Shown piece after piece: positions 40,766 to 50,409 of a stretch of DNA of 64,000 bases. Under the pieces are notes generated by a model. It did not search any database. It was given only the letters and a program-made list of their open reading frames with translations, and was not told the origin of the DNA. This DNA is from a virus. Taxonomy: Duplodnaviria > Caudoviricetes. The stretch is from the IMG/VR virus record IMGVR_UViG_3300028048_000038, positions 192,001-256,000 of that record. One strand, written 5' to 3'. Position numbers and translations under genes: made by a program. Numbering within the stretch: the stretch's first letter is position 1; each line of letters opens with the position of its first letter.

Positions 40766-42172
40766 TTATTTTTTCTCATTTCTAACGCTCATAAAAATCT
40801 CTTTTTGTGTATTTAGTCTTATATCTTCTTGCTTCTTTTTAAGCTCGAACAAACTATCCAATTCATCAACATTATCAGTACTTATACGACATGTTCCGTT
40901 ATTGAATTCTACATTATTAAAGACCTTTCCACTCTTTCCCGCACGATTTTTGAGAATAGCTATTGTTGCTTTATTATTGGCTATATCATCCACTGTTCTT
41001 GCAATAGACATAATAACATGTGCAATCTGAGCTTTCTTAACCGAACCACCAATCTTATCCATTGTAACTAGTTCTAGGTTGATTGAATCTTTAGTACCTT
41101 GTGATGGAATCCAAATAGCCATATCAAGTTCACCAGCCATCGCTTCAAACCTACGCATAGTTTTACCCTCTTGTGAGAACTCATTACTCGTTGTTCTATC
41201 AGTTTCATGTTCAAGACACTCGAAATAATCAATAATCGTCAAATCTGGCTTAAAGCCACTATTAATCAGTTTCTTGATAAACCTCTCAAGTTGTCTTGCT
41301 GTCTTCTCACCACTTGGGAATTTAACAATTCTAAGATTCTCATTAAGTTTGTCCTTATCTGGAAAATTCTCAATTGTTTCCCTTACCCTATCAATATTCT
41401 CTGGCTTTGATAAATCTTTTGCTTCAATTCCAGTGATACGCCCAAGGTGTTTTCTCTGAATCTGCTTAATTCTATCCTCAAATACGATTTGTAATACCTT
41501 ATAACCGCAGCAAGCTGCATGTGAAGCCATTGCTGTGGTAAGGCTTGTCTTTCCGAATGAGGTAGGTCCAATAATAACACCTAACTCTCCCTTACCAAGT
41601 CCACCTTCTAATGCTTCGTCAATTTTTCCTATGCCTGTTGGAATTGGTATTCTATAATCATCTGACAAAGTTTCACCTATATGGTCAAAAGGTTTTTCTC
41701 CAAAATCATTGTGTATTCCTTGCGTCATGGCATCGTTTAATAATCCCACGCAAGTATCATACTTTTCCACATCGCCATTTCCTGCGATTCTAAGTATCTC
41801 GTTGGCTGTTCTGACAATATTTTGTTGTCTAAAGAACTTCTCAGCCAAGTCCTTTATTCTATCCACACCGTCACTTGGGGTATTCTTAACTTTTTCAATA
41901 ATTGCGAGATATGTTTCAATCTCTTTTTCAGAGTGTGAAATATCTCGCAATTCAATCTCCATCATATCATACGATGGTACGTTACCCTCTCTTTCGAAAA
42001 AGTTCTTCATTACACCAACAAATGTCTTGAGGTTTGGGTCGGTAAACATGTTTTGGTCTATGATACTGCTCAAATCCTCAAAGAAAGTGTGGTTTTCCAT
42101 GAACTCATGGGTGAGCTTATATTGAAATTTCTCACCTAGGAATCCTAAATCTTTTTTATTATTTTGAGCCAT
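40766..42172 (-). CDS. DnaB/T4 gp41-like replicative helicase
   Basis: IPTGI..ID..L.GGL; Walker A GPTSFGKT; IIDY; KNRAG. Confidence 0.9.
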   Translation of the reverse strand: MAQNNKKDLGFLGEKFQYKLTHEFMENHTFFEDLSSIIDQNMFTDPNLKTFVGVMKNFFEREGNVPSYDMMEIELRDISHSEKEIETYLAIIEKVKNTPSDGVDRIKDLAEKFFRQQNIVRTANEILRIAGNGDVEKYDTCVGLLNDAMTQGIHNDFGEKPFDHIGETLSDDYRIPIPTGIGKIDEALEGGLGKGELGVIIGPTSFGKTSLTTAMASHAACCGYKVLQIVFEDRIKQIQRKHLGRITGIEAKDLSKPENIDRVRETIENFPDKDKLNENLRIVKFPSGEKTARQLERFIKKLINSGFKPDLTIIDYFECLEHETDRTTSNEFSQEGKTMRRFEAMAGELDMAIWIPSQGTKDSINLELVTMDKIGGSVKKAQIAHVIMSIARTVDDIANNKATIAILKNRAGKSGKVFNNVEFNNGTCRISTDNVDELDSLFELKKKQEDIRLNTQKEIFMSVRNEKK

Positions 42173-42208
42173 CAAAAAAACCACTCTTTGAAATCTGTTA
42201 TTTTCCTA

Positions 42209-42982
42209 TTAAAGATTCTTGAAATAGCGATTGGTCTTGTTCATGACTGCACGTTCCCAATCCTTTTCAATTTTCTTGTTTGCTAGGCGCAAACTATAAG
42301 CATATTTCTTATCCTTACCATTTGCGTCCTTGCCATAATCGTCAATTACGGTGTACTTGCTGAGATATTTTCCATTTTCTCTAGGGTCAAAATACCCCTT
42401 TTCCTTAATCTCCTCCTTTGAGGGGGAACAAGCCTCGCAAATCTTCTTTGTAATCTGAAGCAATACGTCTGGCTTGTCGATTATCATTCTCTTCAGAACC
42501 TCATGTTCAAATGAAAGTCTTCCCTCATTTGCTTTGAAAAATGCTTCCTTCTCGTATGAGAATGTTTGACCATCCTTATTTGTGACCTTTACATTCTTAT
42601 TACTTAGGTCAACCTTGTCACGGATGTACTTAGGATAGGCATAACCATCCCAGATTTTAGTGATTACGTCTCTCTTGTTGTCAGATATTACAATCTTAAA
42701 TGTACAAGCCCAAGGCTCAATGAGTTTTGTATTGAATTCATCATTCTCATCTGGTGCTTGTGGATTGTAATAATACCAAGTATAAACACGACTCTTAGAC
42801 TTTAAATCATTGTCAATTAACTTAACGATTTCATCAAGTTTCTCCTTAAACTCCAATGTGTTCATACTGTTCTCAATGAAATTGTAGATTCTGAAATTTC
42901 TCTTACAGATAATGTTGTCATTAACATACACGGTAAATTCAAACCTCTCCTCTTTGTAATCCTTAATTTCCTTATTTTCCAT
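42209..42982 (-). CDS. Hypothetical protein
   Basis: 257 aa with its own host-type promoter. Confidence 0.75.
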   Translation of the reverse strand: MENKEIKDYKEERFEFTVYVNDNIICKRNFRIYNFIENSMNTLEFKEKLDEIVKLIDNDLKSKSRVYTWYYYNPQAPDENDEFNTKLIEPWACTFKIVISDNKRDVITKIWDGYAYPKYIRDKVDLSNKNVKVTNKDGQTFSYEKEAFFKANEGRLSFEHEVLKRMIIDKPDVLLQITKKICEACSPSKEEIKEKGYFDPRENGKYLSKYTVIDDYGKDANGKDKKYAYSLRLANKKIEKDWERAVMNKTNRYFKNL

Positions 42983-43026
42983 AAATTAAATTGTTAAAAG
43001 TTAAACATATTTGTTGAATTGTGTTG

Positions 43027-43058
43027 CAAAGATATTAAAAAAATGTTAAAACTCCAAA
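43027..43058 (-). promoter_or_regulatory. Bacteroidetes-type promoter
   Basis: TTTG-N20-TATCTTTG. Confidence 0.75.
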
Positions 43059-43085
43059 TTTTTAAGTTAAAATTTTTAAAAAAAA

Positions 43086-43421
43086 TCATAACCCAAAATT
43101 GATAAATACATCTTCCAATGTTACATATCTGATGTCCACACACGTGGTAGCCTCAAATTCCTTCCCATTTTTCTTTTCATATATATCATCAAATACCTTA
43201 TACCTATTATCTTCCATACCAAGGCAGATATAAGTATCCTCTGGTCTTGAAACCGCCAATTCAAAGTTACTTTTTGATAACCCATTAACTATCTGCGGAA
43301 AGTAATAAATAAGGTTCTTAACTCTATTATATGTTTTTATATCCTTTGTTTTTAACAAATTCTTAAGATATCCTTCAAGCCAATCACAATTATTCTCTTG
43401 TATTCTTTCTTTCAGTCTCAT
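43086..43421 (-). CDS. Hypothetical protein
   Basis: 111 aa; overlaps the end of the exonuclease gene. Confidence 0.65.
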   Translation of the reverse strand: MRLKERIQENNCDWLEGYLKNLLKTKDIKTYNRVKNLIYYFPQIVNGLSKSNFELAVSRPEDTYICLGMEDNRYKVFDDIYEKKNGKEFEATTCVDIRYVTLEDVFINFGL

Positions 43422-44571
43422 ACGCCTTAAATCTTTTGTGCTCCATTAAAATAACTCTTCCGAATGGTTCAAGTATATTACCAAACTTTTCCTCATCTAA
43501 AATCTCGTTCACCTTATTCTCCTTAACTATCTCATAGATATTTTTAATGCTCCTATCACTTATATCTATAGGAGCATAAGATTCTTCATCCATTGTCTCT
43601 CTTGCCTCATCGGTCAATAGTGGCTTCGATAGGTCAATGATTTTCTCATTGATTTCATATAGCCTATCCCCTTGGCATCCATCTGTAACTCCATTAATGA
43701 TGTTTTCAAGCGATTTAAGCGGTTTTTTCTTACTTGCCTTCCTCTCATCAAGCAACTCCCTAGAACGCCTCAGAATGAAGCCCAAATCAATTTTCTTCTC
43801 CTTTATCTCTGGGAACAATTTCCCCAGTGTTTCATTACCAACACCCTTAACACCTTTTATATTATCAGACACATCACCGCATATCATTTTTTCAAGAACC
43901 ACATTCTCAGATAAGACACCTATCTCCTTTACTGCATTATCCTTTGTTATGAATTCCTTTTTTCTTGGGTTATATATTACAACAGTATCGGATATTAATT
44001 GCGTGAGGTCTTTATCTGAAGAAACAATAACTACCTTTTCATCTTGTTTTTTTGATGCAACATAGTAACTTATAATATCATCACCTTCAACATTCTCAAA
44101 CTCATATTGTCTTATACAAAGCTCATCTAATATATGTTGAATAATAGATTTCTGCCTAGCAAAACTTTCGTCATCACTTTCTTTTGTTTGATTTTTTTCC
44201 CTAGAGTACTTCAAGATGTTCCTTGCATAGTTCTCTATGTATTTATCATATTCACTCTTATTCGGATTATGTAGTTCATAGTTCTTATCCCTATTGGCTT
44301 TATAGTCCTTATATAACTCCCATCTAAGGACTCCACTTCCCTCGCCATCGTATGCAGCAATGCAATAGTTAAAGTCCTTCTTTCTAAGAACGTCACCTAT
44401 CATCTTGATAGATGTGAGTATTATTCCATATTCTTTGCCATCATTGTTCATTTTATGGTCTACTGAAGCCATTTTCATAATGTTGTTCATATCGAAAATA
44501 ACTGTGTAACCGCCACTCTTAGACTTTATTCCATTGGCTTCTGCTACTCTTTTCCTAATTGGTTGTATCAT
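43390..44571 (-). CDS. 5'-3' exonuclease / flap endonuclease (T4 RNase H-like)
   Basis: YKANR, EGDDII, SSDKDLTQL, GDVSDNIKGVKGVG. Confidence 0.9.
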   Translation of the reverse strand: MIQPIRKRVAEANGIKSKSGGYTVIFDMNNIMKMASVDHKMNNDGKEYGIILTSIKMIGDVLRKKDFNYCIAAYDGEGSGVLRWELYKDYKANRDKNYELHNPNKSEYDKYIENYARNILKYSREKNQTKESDDESFARQKSIIQHILDELCIRQYEFENVEGDDIISYYVASKKQDEKVVIVSSDKDLTQLISDTVVIYNPRKKEFITKDNAVKEIGVLSENVVLEKMICGDVSDNIKGVKGVGNETLGKLFPEIKEKKIDLGFILRRSRELLDERKASKKKPLKSLENIINGVTDGCQGDRLYEINEKIIDLSKPLLTDEARETMDEESYAPIDISDRSIKNIYEIVKENKVNEILDEEKFGNILEPFGRVILMEHKRFKAYETERKNTRE

Positions 44572-44588
44572 TTGAATGTTATTTAATG

Positions 44589-44619
44589 CAAAGATATATA
44601 AAAAAAGTTAAATTTCAAA
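44589..44619 (-). promoter_or_regulatory. Bacteroidetes-type promoter
   Basis: TTTG-N19-TATCTTTG. Confidence 0.75.
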
Positions 44620-44654
44620 ATAAAAAGGTATTTATTGTTATAAAATATGTAAAA

Positions 44655-45911
44655 ATGAAAGTAAATATTACAGAAAATCAATATAATAAACTAAAATTGA
44701 TAGAGGATGAGAACCCATATTATAATGACCAAAAAATAAATGGGGAAAATCTTAATGTTCTATGGGCTGCGATTAAAAAGAAACAGCAAGAACTATTCCA
44801 AGAAACCTTCAATGATTTAGATGAATTGACTAGAAGCAAAGCTGAAATATACGGAGAAGAAAAACTCGATGTTCCAAGAGTAATTGCTTTAGCTGGTAAT
44901 GCGAAAGTACCTCAGAATGTTCTTATGATTAATATTACATCTGCTTTGGCTTGCCCTTCATACTATCTTGGTATCTGTACAATTAAGAATGGAGCTTGTT
45001 ATGCACAAAGAGGTGAAAACCAGTATCCAAATTCAAGAAACAGAAATCTTCAAAATGACTTGATGAATACTGAACTATTAAGGAAGTATCAAAAAGGTAA
45101 TAAGAAACCAATGAGAGATTATTTCAGTCTTGTTGAAATGTATATCCAAATTGGTAATGCAGCAGCAAAAAATATATATACTCAAACAATAGATTCCTTA
45201 AGAAGAAGAGGAAAAGTAATAACTCCAGAGGTAGAACAAACAGTAAAAGACATTTCAGAAGAACCAAAAATAACTGATATAAGACTTAATGAAGCTGGAG
45301 ACTTCCCTTGCCAATTATCAGTTGACCTTTGGAGTAAATTCGCTAAAAAAGTCGGTGCTAAATACGGAATAAAAGTACATGCTTATACTGCAAGAAATCT
45401 AGATTTCTCAAATAGACCAGAGAATTTCTCTGTTCTTCCTTCACATGAAGGTATCAATATAGGTGAAGAACCAAATAGAAGATTCCATGCTGTAAATGAT
45501 AACCTCTATGACTCATTACAAGGTGGAGACCAAGTAGATAATAATTTCCAACCTATACTTGGTGAACATAATGGTAAATTCTTCTATAAATGCCCTTGTG
45601 GCGAGGGAGAGCCACATTGTGACTTGTGTAGAGTATGCTTTAACCGTAATAAAACTGGAAAACCATATACTATCTTTGTTAGGTATCATGGCTTAACAGC
45701 AGCCAATGGCTTAAAGCATCTATTCAAAAAAGATGAGATTGATAAGTCCATTAAGTTAGCTATTCAAAACGGATGGGCTAGCCCAAGTGAAATCAAATCA
45801 TATAATTCTCAGAAGAATCAAAAACGTTTAAATACTATGTCAGATAAAATTGACAATATGAGGGCAAAAGCCCAAAAACCATTAGGAAAAAGAAAAAAGG
45901 CTAAGATTTGA
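44655..45911 (+). CDS. gp88-like Fe-S/radical-SAM-like protein
   Basis: Likely start MKVNITENQ at 44655; GNAK, CP-x6-C-x6-CYA, IRLNEAGDF, AYT, CPC...CxxCxxC. Confidence 0.7.
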   Translation: MKVNITENQYNKLKLIEDENPYYNDQKINGENLNVLWAAIKKKQQELFQETFNDLDELTRSKAEIYGEEKLDVPRVIALAGNAKVPQNVLMINITSALACPSYYLGICTIKNGACYAQRGENQYPNSRNRNLQNDLMNTELLRKYQKGNKKPMRDYFSLVEMYIQIGNAAAKNIYTQTIDSLRRRGKVITPEVEQTVKDISEEPKITDIRLNEAGDFPCQLSVDLWSKFAKKVGAKYGIKVHAYTARNLDFSNRPENFSVLPSHEGINIGEEPNRRFHAVNDNLYDSLQGGDQVDNNFQPILGEHNGKFFYKCPCGEGEPHCDLCRVCFNRNKTGKPYTIFVRYHGLTAANGLKHLFKKDEIDKSIKLAIQNGWASPSEIKSYNSQKNQKRLNTMSDKIDNMRAKAQKPLGKRKKAKI

Positions 45912-45927
45912 TTTCTTAGCCTTTTTT
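45893..45927. terminator. Bidirectional terminator
   Basis: aaaaaaggctaaga-loop-tcttagcctttttt. Confidence 0.8.
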
Positions 45928-45947
45928 ATTTCCTCAAGTACCATATT

Positions 45948-46283
45948 TTATCTATTCTTACTTAACTCTACAAGTCTTTGCTTATATTTCTCTCTATCCT
46001 CTTGAGTTAAAACATGTGGTGTCCTCCCAATGTGCCATTTTCCGCAAGACCAACACTTGTAAGCCGATAACTTATGTATGGTGTTTCCATAGGCATTGTA
46101 ATAGCAAGCTTGCTTAAACGCTTCTTCCTCGCTATTAAACTGCTTCTTTGGTTTCTCAACCTTCTCGCCATTCTCACCAATATACTTAAATGTAGTACAT
46201 TTCATATTGGTTGGTTTGAATTTGTTACCACTCATACCCATACCACTGCTTTTTACCGTGTCCACCAGAATCGTCTTCGCCAA
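45948..46283 (-). CDS. Small Zn-finger protein
   Basis: AYKCWSCGKWHIG. Confidence 0.65.
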   Translation of the reverse strand: MAKTILVDTVKSSGMGMSGNKFKPTNMKCTTFKYIGENGEKVEKPKKQFNSEEEAFKQACYYNAYGNTIHKLSAYKCWSCGKWHIGRTPHVLTQEDREKYKQRLVELSKNR

Positions 46284-46404
46284 TCTTCTTGTTCTTGATA
46301 CGAAGCCACTTGTTCATCTGTTTCTTAGCCCACTTATAGGACTTACGCTTACGTCTCTTCTCAGAGTACATGTAAGGCTCTAACTGTTCTCTATATAATG
46401 CCAT
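46225..46404 (-). CDS. Small basic protein
   Basis: MALYREQ... lies directly downstream of the promoter at 46419-46450. Confidence 0.55.
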   Translation of the reverse strand: MALYREQLEPYMYSEKRRKRKSYKWAKKQMNKWLRIKNKKIGEDDSGGHGKKQWYGYEW

Positions 46405-46418
46405 AACTTCTTTTTCTT

Positions 46419-46450
46419 GTAAAGATATGAAAAAAAATTGAGCTGACAAA
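46419..46450 (-). promoter_or_regulatory. Bacteroidetes-type promoter
   Basis: TTTG-N20-TATCTTTA. Confidence 0.65.
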
Positions 46451-46475
46451 ATATCAGCCCAAATTTTAACATTTT

Positions 46476-47627
46476 TTATCTTACATAAAAGCCTAGTGGC
46501 TTATTCTTTAACACCTTCATCAATTGGTCATTCAACTCAGCTTGATTCTTCATTAAGTTCCAAGGCAACATCCTATCCAAACGTTCCTTTAACTCATTAA
46601 GTACTGTCTCCTTCTCTTTTTCGCCTTGCTGAAGCAACATGTTATAGTCCATCTGCGCCTCTGCCTCTGGAATCTTTATCTGGCCACTAAATGTACCCCT
46701 TATAATGCCAAGCAATATCTTAGCCTCTGCAACAAGCAAACGTCTTATAATCTGCTGAGTTGGGTTGTTCATCAACTCATACCTCATCTTATCCAATGGC
46801 ACTTGGTCTGGCGTTATAATCACATCATCCTTATTCTCAAGTCTGCAAAGGTCTGCTGCATCATCACCACCACTTACATCATAGTATGTATACCAACAGA
46901 TACAGTTAGCATAACGATTCCATCCCCAAGTATCATCAGCAGCAATACCGCCAACCATATTTGGAGAACCAGGAACTGACATCAAGTGTACAAGGTGTGT
47001 ACCCTCTGGACCAGCAGTTACCTTATAAGCCAAGTCACCTCTCAATAGAGAATTCTTATATTTCAAGTCAACTGACATCAACGCTGTGTCATATGCAGAA
47101 CCAACATAGAAACCAGTGATACCCATACCATTACCCATGTTACCATACTGTCCGAAACCGCCACCGATACCTGTATCAAGTGTACCTAAGTTTCCATACA
47201 ATGCTGCCTTGGTAGTAGATGGGGTTATATACATTACCTTATTAATCTCACGACCAGCTGGAATGACATATACTTGCTTTCCCTTTTCGATTCTAAAGAA
47301 ATCCTTCTTAAGCTCGTAGTTACCTCTCTGCTGCAAACCAACTTCACGAGAGAACCAATATGAGTAATCACGTGACCAATCCATAGTTCTAACAGTCATA
47401 GCGTATGCCAATTCGTTGGCATTTTGAAACTGTATAGCATTCTTATTCTGTATATTAAGCCATTGTGTCTCTAATACCCAATTCTGAACCTTCTCAGAAT
47501 AATCACCGATTGCCACATCTAGAAGGTCACAAAGCTGCTCATCCTCAAGCTGAACCTTTCTCAATGGAGCACCAAGCATCGTTCTTACAGTTCTGAATAG
47601 AGATTGTATATCTTCAGATAAAACCAT
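46476..47627 (-). CDS. Neck/head-completion protein (T4 gp13-like)
   Basis: LGAPLRKVQLEDEQL; AEAKILLGIIRG.F...Y..L...G..EK. Confidence 0.75.
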   Translation of the reverse strand: MVLSEDIQSLFRTVRTMLGAPLRKVQLEDEQLCDLLDVAIGDYSEKVQNWVLETQWLNIQNKNAIQFQNANELAYAMTVRTMDWSRDYSYWFSREVGLQQRGNYELKKDFFRIEKGKQVYVIPAGREINKVMYITPSTTKAALYGNLGTLDTGIGGGFGQYGNMGNGMGITGFYVGSAYDTALMSVDLKYKNSLLRGDLAYKVTAGPEGTHLVHLMSVPGSPNMVGGIAADDTWGWNRYANCICWYTYYDVSGGDDAADLCRLENKDDVIITPDQVPLDKMRYELMNNPTQQIIRRLLVAEAKILLGIIRGTFSGQIKIPEAEAQMDYNMLLQQGEKEKETVLNELKERLDRMLPWNLMKNQAELNDQLMKVLKNKPLGFYVR

Positions 47628-47694
47628 ATTAATTTATTTATTTACTATAAATATTATGGTTATAAAAAAAGCAGCAATATTTCTATTGTTGCTT

Positions 47695-47865
47695 TTATGT
47701 TTCTTCATTTATTTCTTCTTCGGCTTCCCTCTGTATAAAACGTCTCATACTACGTTTCTTACACTTGGTAAGCAAATGCTTCCTATCTGACTTGTCATCC
47801 CTTTCATTGGGAAAAAAGTAACCAAGAGCATACTTAATCTTTCTTTTCATTGGAAATCTTTTCAT
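47695..47865 (-). CDS. Small basic hypothetical protein (56 aa, not in the track)
   Basis: Manually translated MKRFPMKRKIKYALGYFF...EINEET*. Confidence 0.5.
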   Translation of the reverse strand: MKRFPMKRKIKYALGYFFPNERDDKSDRKHLLTKCKKRSMRRFIQREAEEEINEET

Positions 47866-48226
47866 TTTTCTTCCTTTCTTCCATTTTTTCCTTTATTAGC
47901 TTCCTTTGTAATCTATCGGCAATCACATCACCATGACATGCCTTTGGTTTGCAGAAACATTGAAGGTATATATCTTCCCCATTTTTGTAATGTTCATATA
48001 TTTCATCGAAAGCCCTAGTAAACCATTCATCCTTTCCATAGACTTCATCGAAATACTTTTCATAGGCTTCGATAGCTTGTTCCCTAGTCTTGAATGACAT
48101 GGTTTTGAATATGCTTCTGACACCATTATGAGTGAATGGATTTCCTAATGGGCTACCTCTGCCGATATAGAAATTATTTTCTTTACTTGTATAATCCTCT
48201 TGATGACTATTATAAACGTATATCAT
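47834..48226 (-). CDS. DUF4326-family protein
   Basis: YIGRGSPLGNPF...L.CFCKPKACHGDVI. Confidence 0.85.
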   Translation of the reverse strand: MIYVYNSHQEDYTSKENNFYIGRGSPLGNPFTHNGVRSIFKTMSFKTREQAIEAYEKYFDEVYGKDEWFTRAFDEIYEHYKNGEDIYLQCFCKPKACHGDVIADRLQRKLIKEKMEERKKNEKISNEKKD

Positions 48227-48732
48227 AGTTCAACTCCATTCCTTAACATCCATTTATTGTATGAAACATACCAATGATTGACATACCTATCATATCTTGC
48301 AATGTTTTCTTTGAGAAAATTATGCCACTTCTTTATCAATCTAGTTTCCCAATATCGTCTATATCCAATCTTATCTGGAATCTCAGTCGCCTCTCTTCCA
48401 AGAAATCTATTCTTATTTTTTGATGTTCCAATAATTGATGGCATATAAAATAAAAGATATCTCATAAATGATGATAAAGACGTACAAGTAGATGATTCAC
48501 CATATCTTCCAAGATGATTCGATAAATACATACTATTATACATAATTCTCTCTGCAAAAGAATTCTCTATTTCAAATATTTCTTTTTCTTTCTCAGAATA
48601 AAATCTTTTTCTCCATATATAAAGATTCTTCTTATCACGTATCTTGGTACGTATTTCCGTCATTAGTGCTAATCTCTCGTTTGGAGTAACCCCATGTTTT
48701 AAAAACAGTTTAAAAATTTCAGTTGGTGTCAT
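48223..48732 (-). CDS. Hypothetical protein, paralog 3 of tandem triplet
   Basis: MTPTEIFKLFLK...KWHNFLKENI. Confidence 0.7.
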   Translation of the reverse strand: MTPTEIFKLFLKHGVTPNERLALMTEIRTKIRDKKNLYIWRKRFYSEKEKEIFEIENSFAERIMYNSMYLSNHLGRYGESSTCTSLSSFMRYLLFYMPSIIGTSKNKNRFLGREATEIPDKIGYRRYWETRLIKKWHNFLKENIARYDRYVNHWYVSYNKWMLRNGVEL

Positions 48733-49231
48733 TGGTCTTTAATTTAAAATCGTAACACTCACCCTTCTTGAATGGGCTGTTAAACTTTTTCTCACTCTCT
48801 ATCCTTTCCCTTAAAAACTGATTCCATTTCCTTTTATAGTAGTTGATGTACATTCCAGCATTATAATATTGAAATGTCACAAAATAGTCCTTAACCTCTC
48901 CAGTATAGTTACCAAGCCAATCCTTAATTCTAAACTTTCTATCCTTACCCTCATTTTTAACCTTAAAATCATTCGCTATCCGCATCCATCTAGGATTTTT
49001 ATGTCTGTTTTTCTTCAGATTAGGGGCAAGGATGAATAACCTAGTCATGTAGTTATTCAATGCCCTTTTATTCCTAGCTAGATAGTCTTCAACAAATGTT
49101 GGGGTATATAGAGGTCTTTTCCTAAAATACTTATTACCATTGTCCTTCAATATCGTATACTTGAAGAATCTCATTTCATCGATGGTACAGCATTCCTTGA
49201 GGAAAAGAAATAATACTTGAGTCGCTGTCAT
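48719..49231 (-). CDS. Hypothetical protein, paralog 2 of tandem triplet
   Basis: MTATQVLFLFLKE...KWNQFLRERIESEKKFNS. Confidence 0.75.
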   Translation of the reverse strand: MTATQVLFLFLKECCTIDEMRFFKYTILKDNGNKYFRKRPLYTPTFVEDYLARNKRALNNYMTRLFILAPNLKKNRHKNPRWMRIANDFKVKNEGKDRKFRIKDWLGNYTGEVKDYFVTFQYYNAGMYINYYKRKWNQFLRERIESEKKFNSPFKKGECYDFKLKTNDTN

Positions 49232-49686
49232 TATTTATATTCGTAACTATACGTTTCACCTTCCTTATAGACACTATTGAATTTCTTCTCACTTGTTATG
49301 TGTTTCTCTAGAAATACATGCCACTTATCACGATAAATCGAAACACATTTTGAGTTTACATGTGCCTTGAAAAAATATTCATCCTCTTCTCTAGGATTCG
49401 CATGCCAACCGAAATAGCGAGGTCTTATGTCACTATAAATCTTCTTATATGTTGGATTGTCTAACCCACACACTAGAAGACTAGGACAAAGGACAAACAC
49501 TCTTGTCATAAACCCACCAAGAGTCCTTCTTGTCCTACAGAGGTATTCCTCAACAAATCCTTTTCCCAATACTGGTCTTATCTTACCCCCTCTTCTTCTC
49601 CTTGATAAATGGTGCATGAAAAAGAGATATTCGTTCACGGAAAGTTCCTTCTTGAGAAAGAGCATGAATACTTGAGTTGCTGTCAT
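49231..49686 (-). CDS. Hypothetical protein, paralog 1 of tandem triplet
   Basis: MTATQVFMLFLKK...KWHVFLEKHITSEKKFNS. Confidence 0.75.
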   Translation of the reverse strand: MTATQVFMLFLKKELSVNEYLFFMHHLSRRRRGGKIRPVLGKGFVEEYLCRTRRTLGGFMTRVFVLCPSLLVCGLDNPTYKKIYSDIRPRYFGWHANPREEDEYFFKAHVNSKCVSIYRDKWHVFLEKHITSEKKFNSVYKEGETYSYEYK

Positions 49687-49889
49687 TGGAAATTCTTATC
49701 TACGTACCTCAGAATCTCGTTGATTTCCTTTGGATTCTTCTTTGAAAACTTGTCGAACAACTTAATCGCAAGATTACGGTCAATCTCGTTACTCTTAAAT
49801 GCCTCGACAGCATTCAAGATGCCTTCTACTTGGTCACTAGGCATGTTCAACATTGATGCCATAGTTTTCTTCAAAAACATATTTGCCAT
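49683..49889 (-). CDS. Small hypothetical protein
   Basis: MANMFLKK start lies downstream of the promoter at 49908-49939. Confidence 0.6.
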   Translation of the reverse strand: MANMFLKKTMASMLNMPSDQVEGILNAVEAFKSNEIDRNLAIKLFDKFSKKNPKEINEILRYVDKNFQ

Positions 49890-49907
49890 AACATTAATCC
49901 ATTTCTG

Positions 49908-49939
49908 CAAAGATATACAAAAAAATCCTAATTAACAAA
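49908..49939 (-). promoter_or_regulatory. Bacteroidetes-type promoter
   Basis: TTTG-N20-TATCTTTG. Confidence 0.75.
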
Positions 49940-49941
49940 TT

Positions 49942-50112
49942 TTAGAACGTGTTTTTTACAGAATCTAACCCTTCATAAAGTTCTTTAACCTCTTCACTTG
50001 TCAATACAACATCATCAATGTAATGACCATGCTTATCATACACAGTGAGCGTGTAACTTCTCTCGTACTTATCGTACTTCAACTCAATTTTATCATTACT
50101 AATTATATTCAT
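49942..50112 (-). CDS. Small hypothetical protein (56 aa, not in the track)
   Basis: MNIISNDKIELKYDKYERSY...KNTF*. Confidence 0.55.
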   Translation of the reverse strand: MNIISNDKIELKYDKYERSYTLTVYDKHGHYIDDVVLTSEEVKELYEGLDSVKNTF

Positions 50113-50155
50113 ATCATTTAAATTTTAGAATAAATATAACAGTAATTTCAAAAAG

Positions 50156-50188
50156 AAAAATGCTGACTATCTTCACAGACAATCAGCA
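50156..50188 (-). terminator. Terminator with GUGA tetraloop
   Basis: TGCTGATTGTCT-GTGA-AGATAGTCAGCA-TTTT. Confidence 0.65.
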
Positions 50189-50205
50189 CTCTCAAACTAT
50201 GAAAA

Positions 50206-50409
50206 CTAATCCCATCCCCAAATCTCATGGGAAAAGGGTTTTCTCATGGACATCTTTTTCAAATCTTCATCGGTAAACCACTTTTTCTTTCGGAAGAACC
50301 ACTTGAATTTTTTATGTTTACTTCCCATCACATGTGCTTTCCAAGCTTTCTTATGTGGCATTTTATTCCAAAATCTTTTTGGGGTTTTGAATTTCTTACC
50401 TTTTGACAT
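50206..50409 (-). CDS. Small Lys/Trp-rich protein
   Basis: 67 aa; overlaps the end of the HNH gene. Confidence 0.55.
   Translation of the reverse strand: MSKGKKFKTPKRFWNKMPHKKAWKAHVMGSKHKKFKWFFRKKKWFTDEDLKKMSMRKPFSHEIWGWD

Noticed and set aside
38388-44571. Inteins or group I introns in nrdD, helicase or exonuclease
   Set aside because: Lengths are normal, the ORFs are uninterrupted and no splice motifs were seen.
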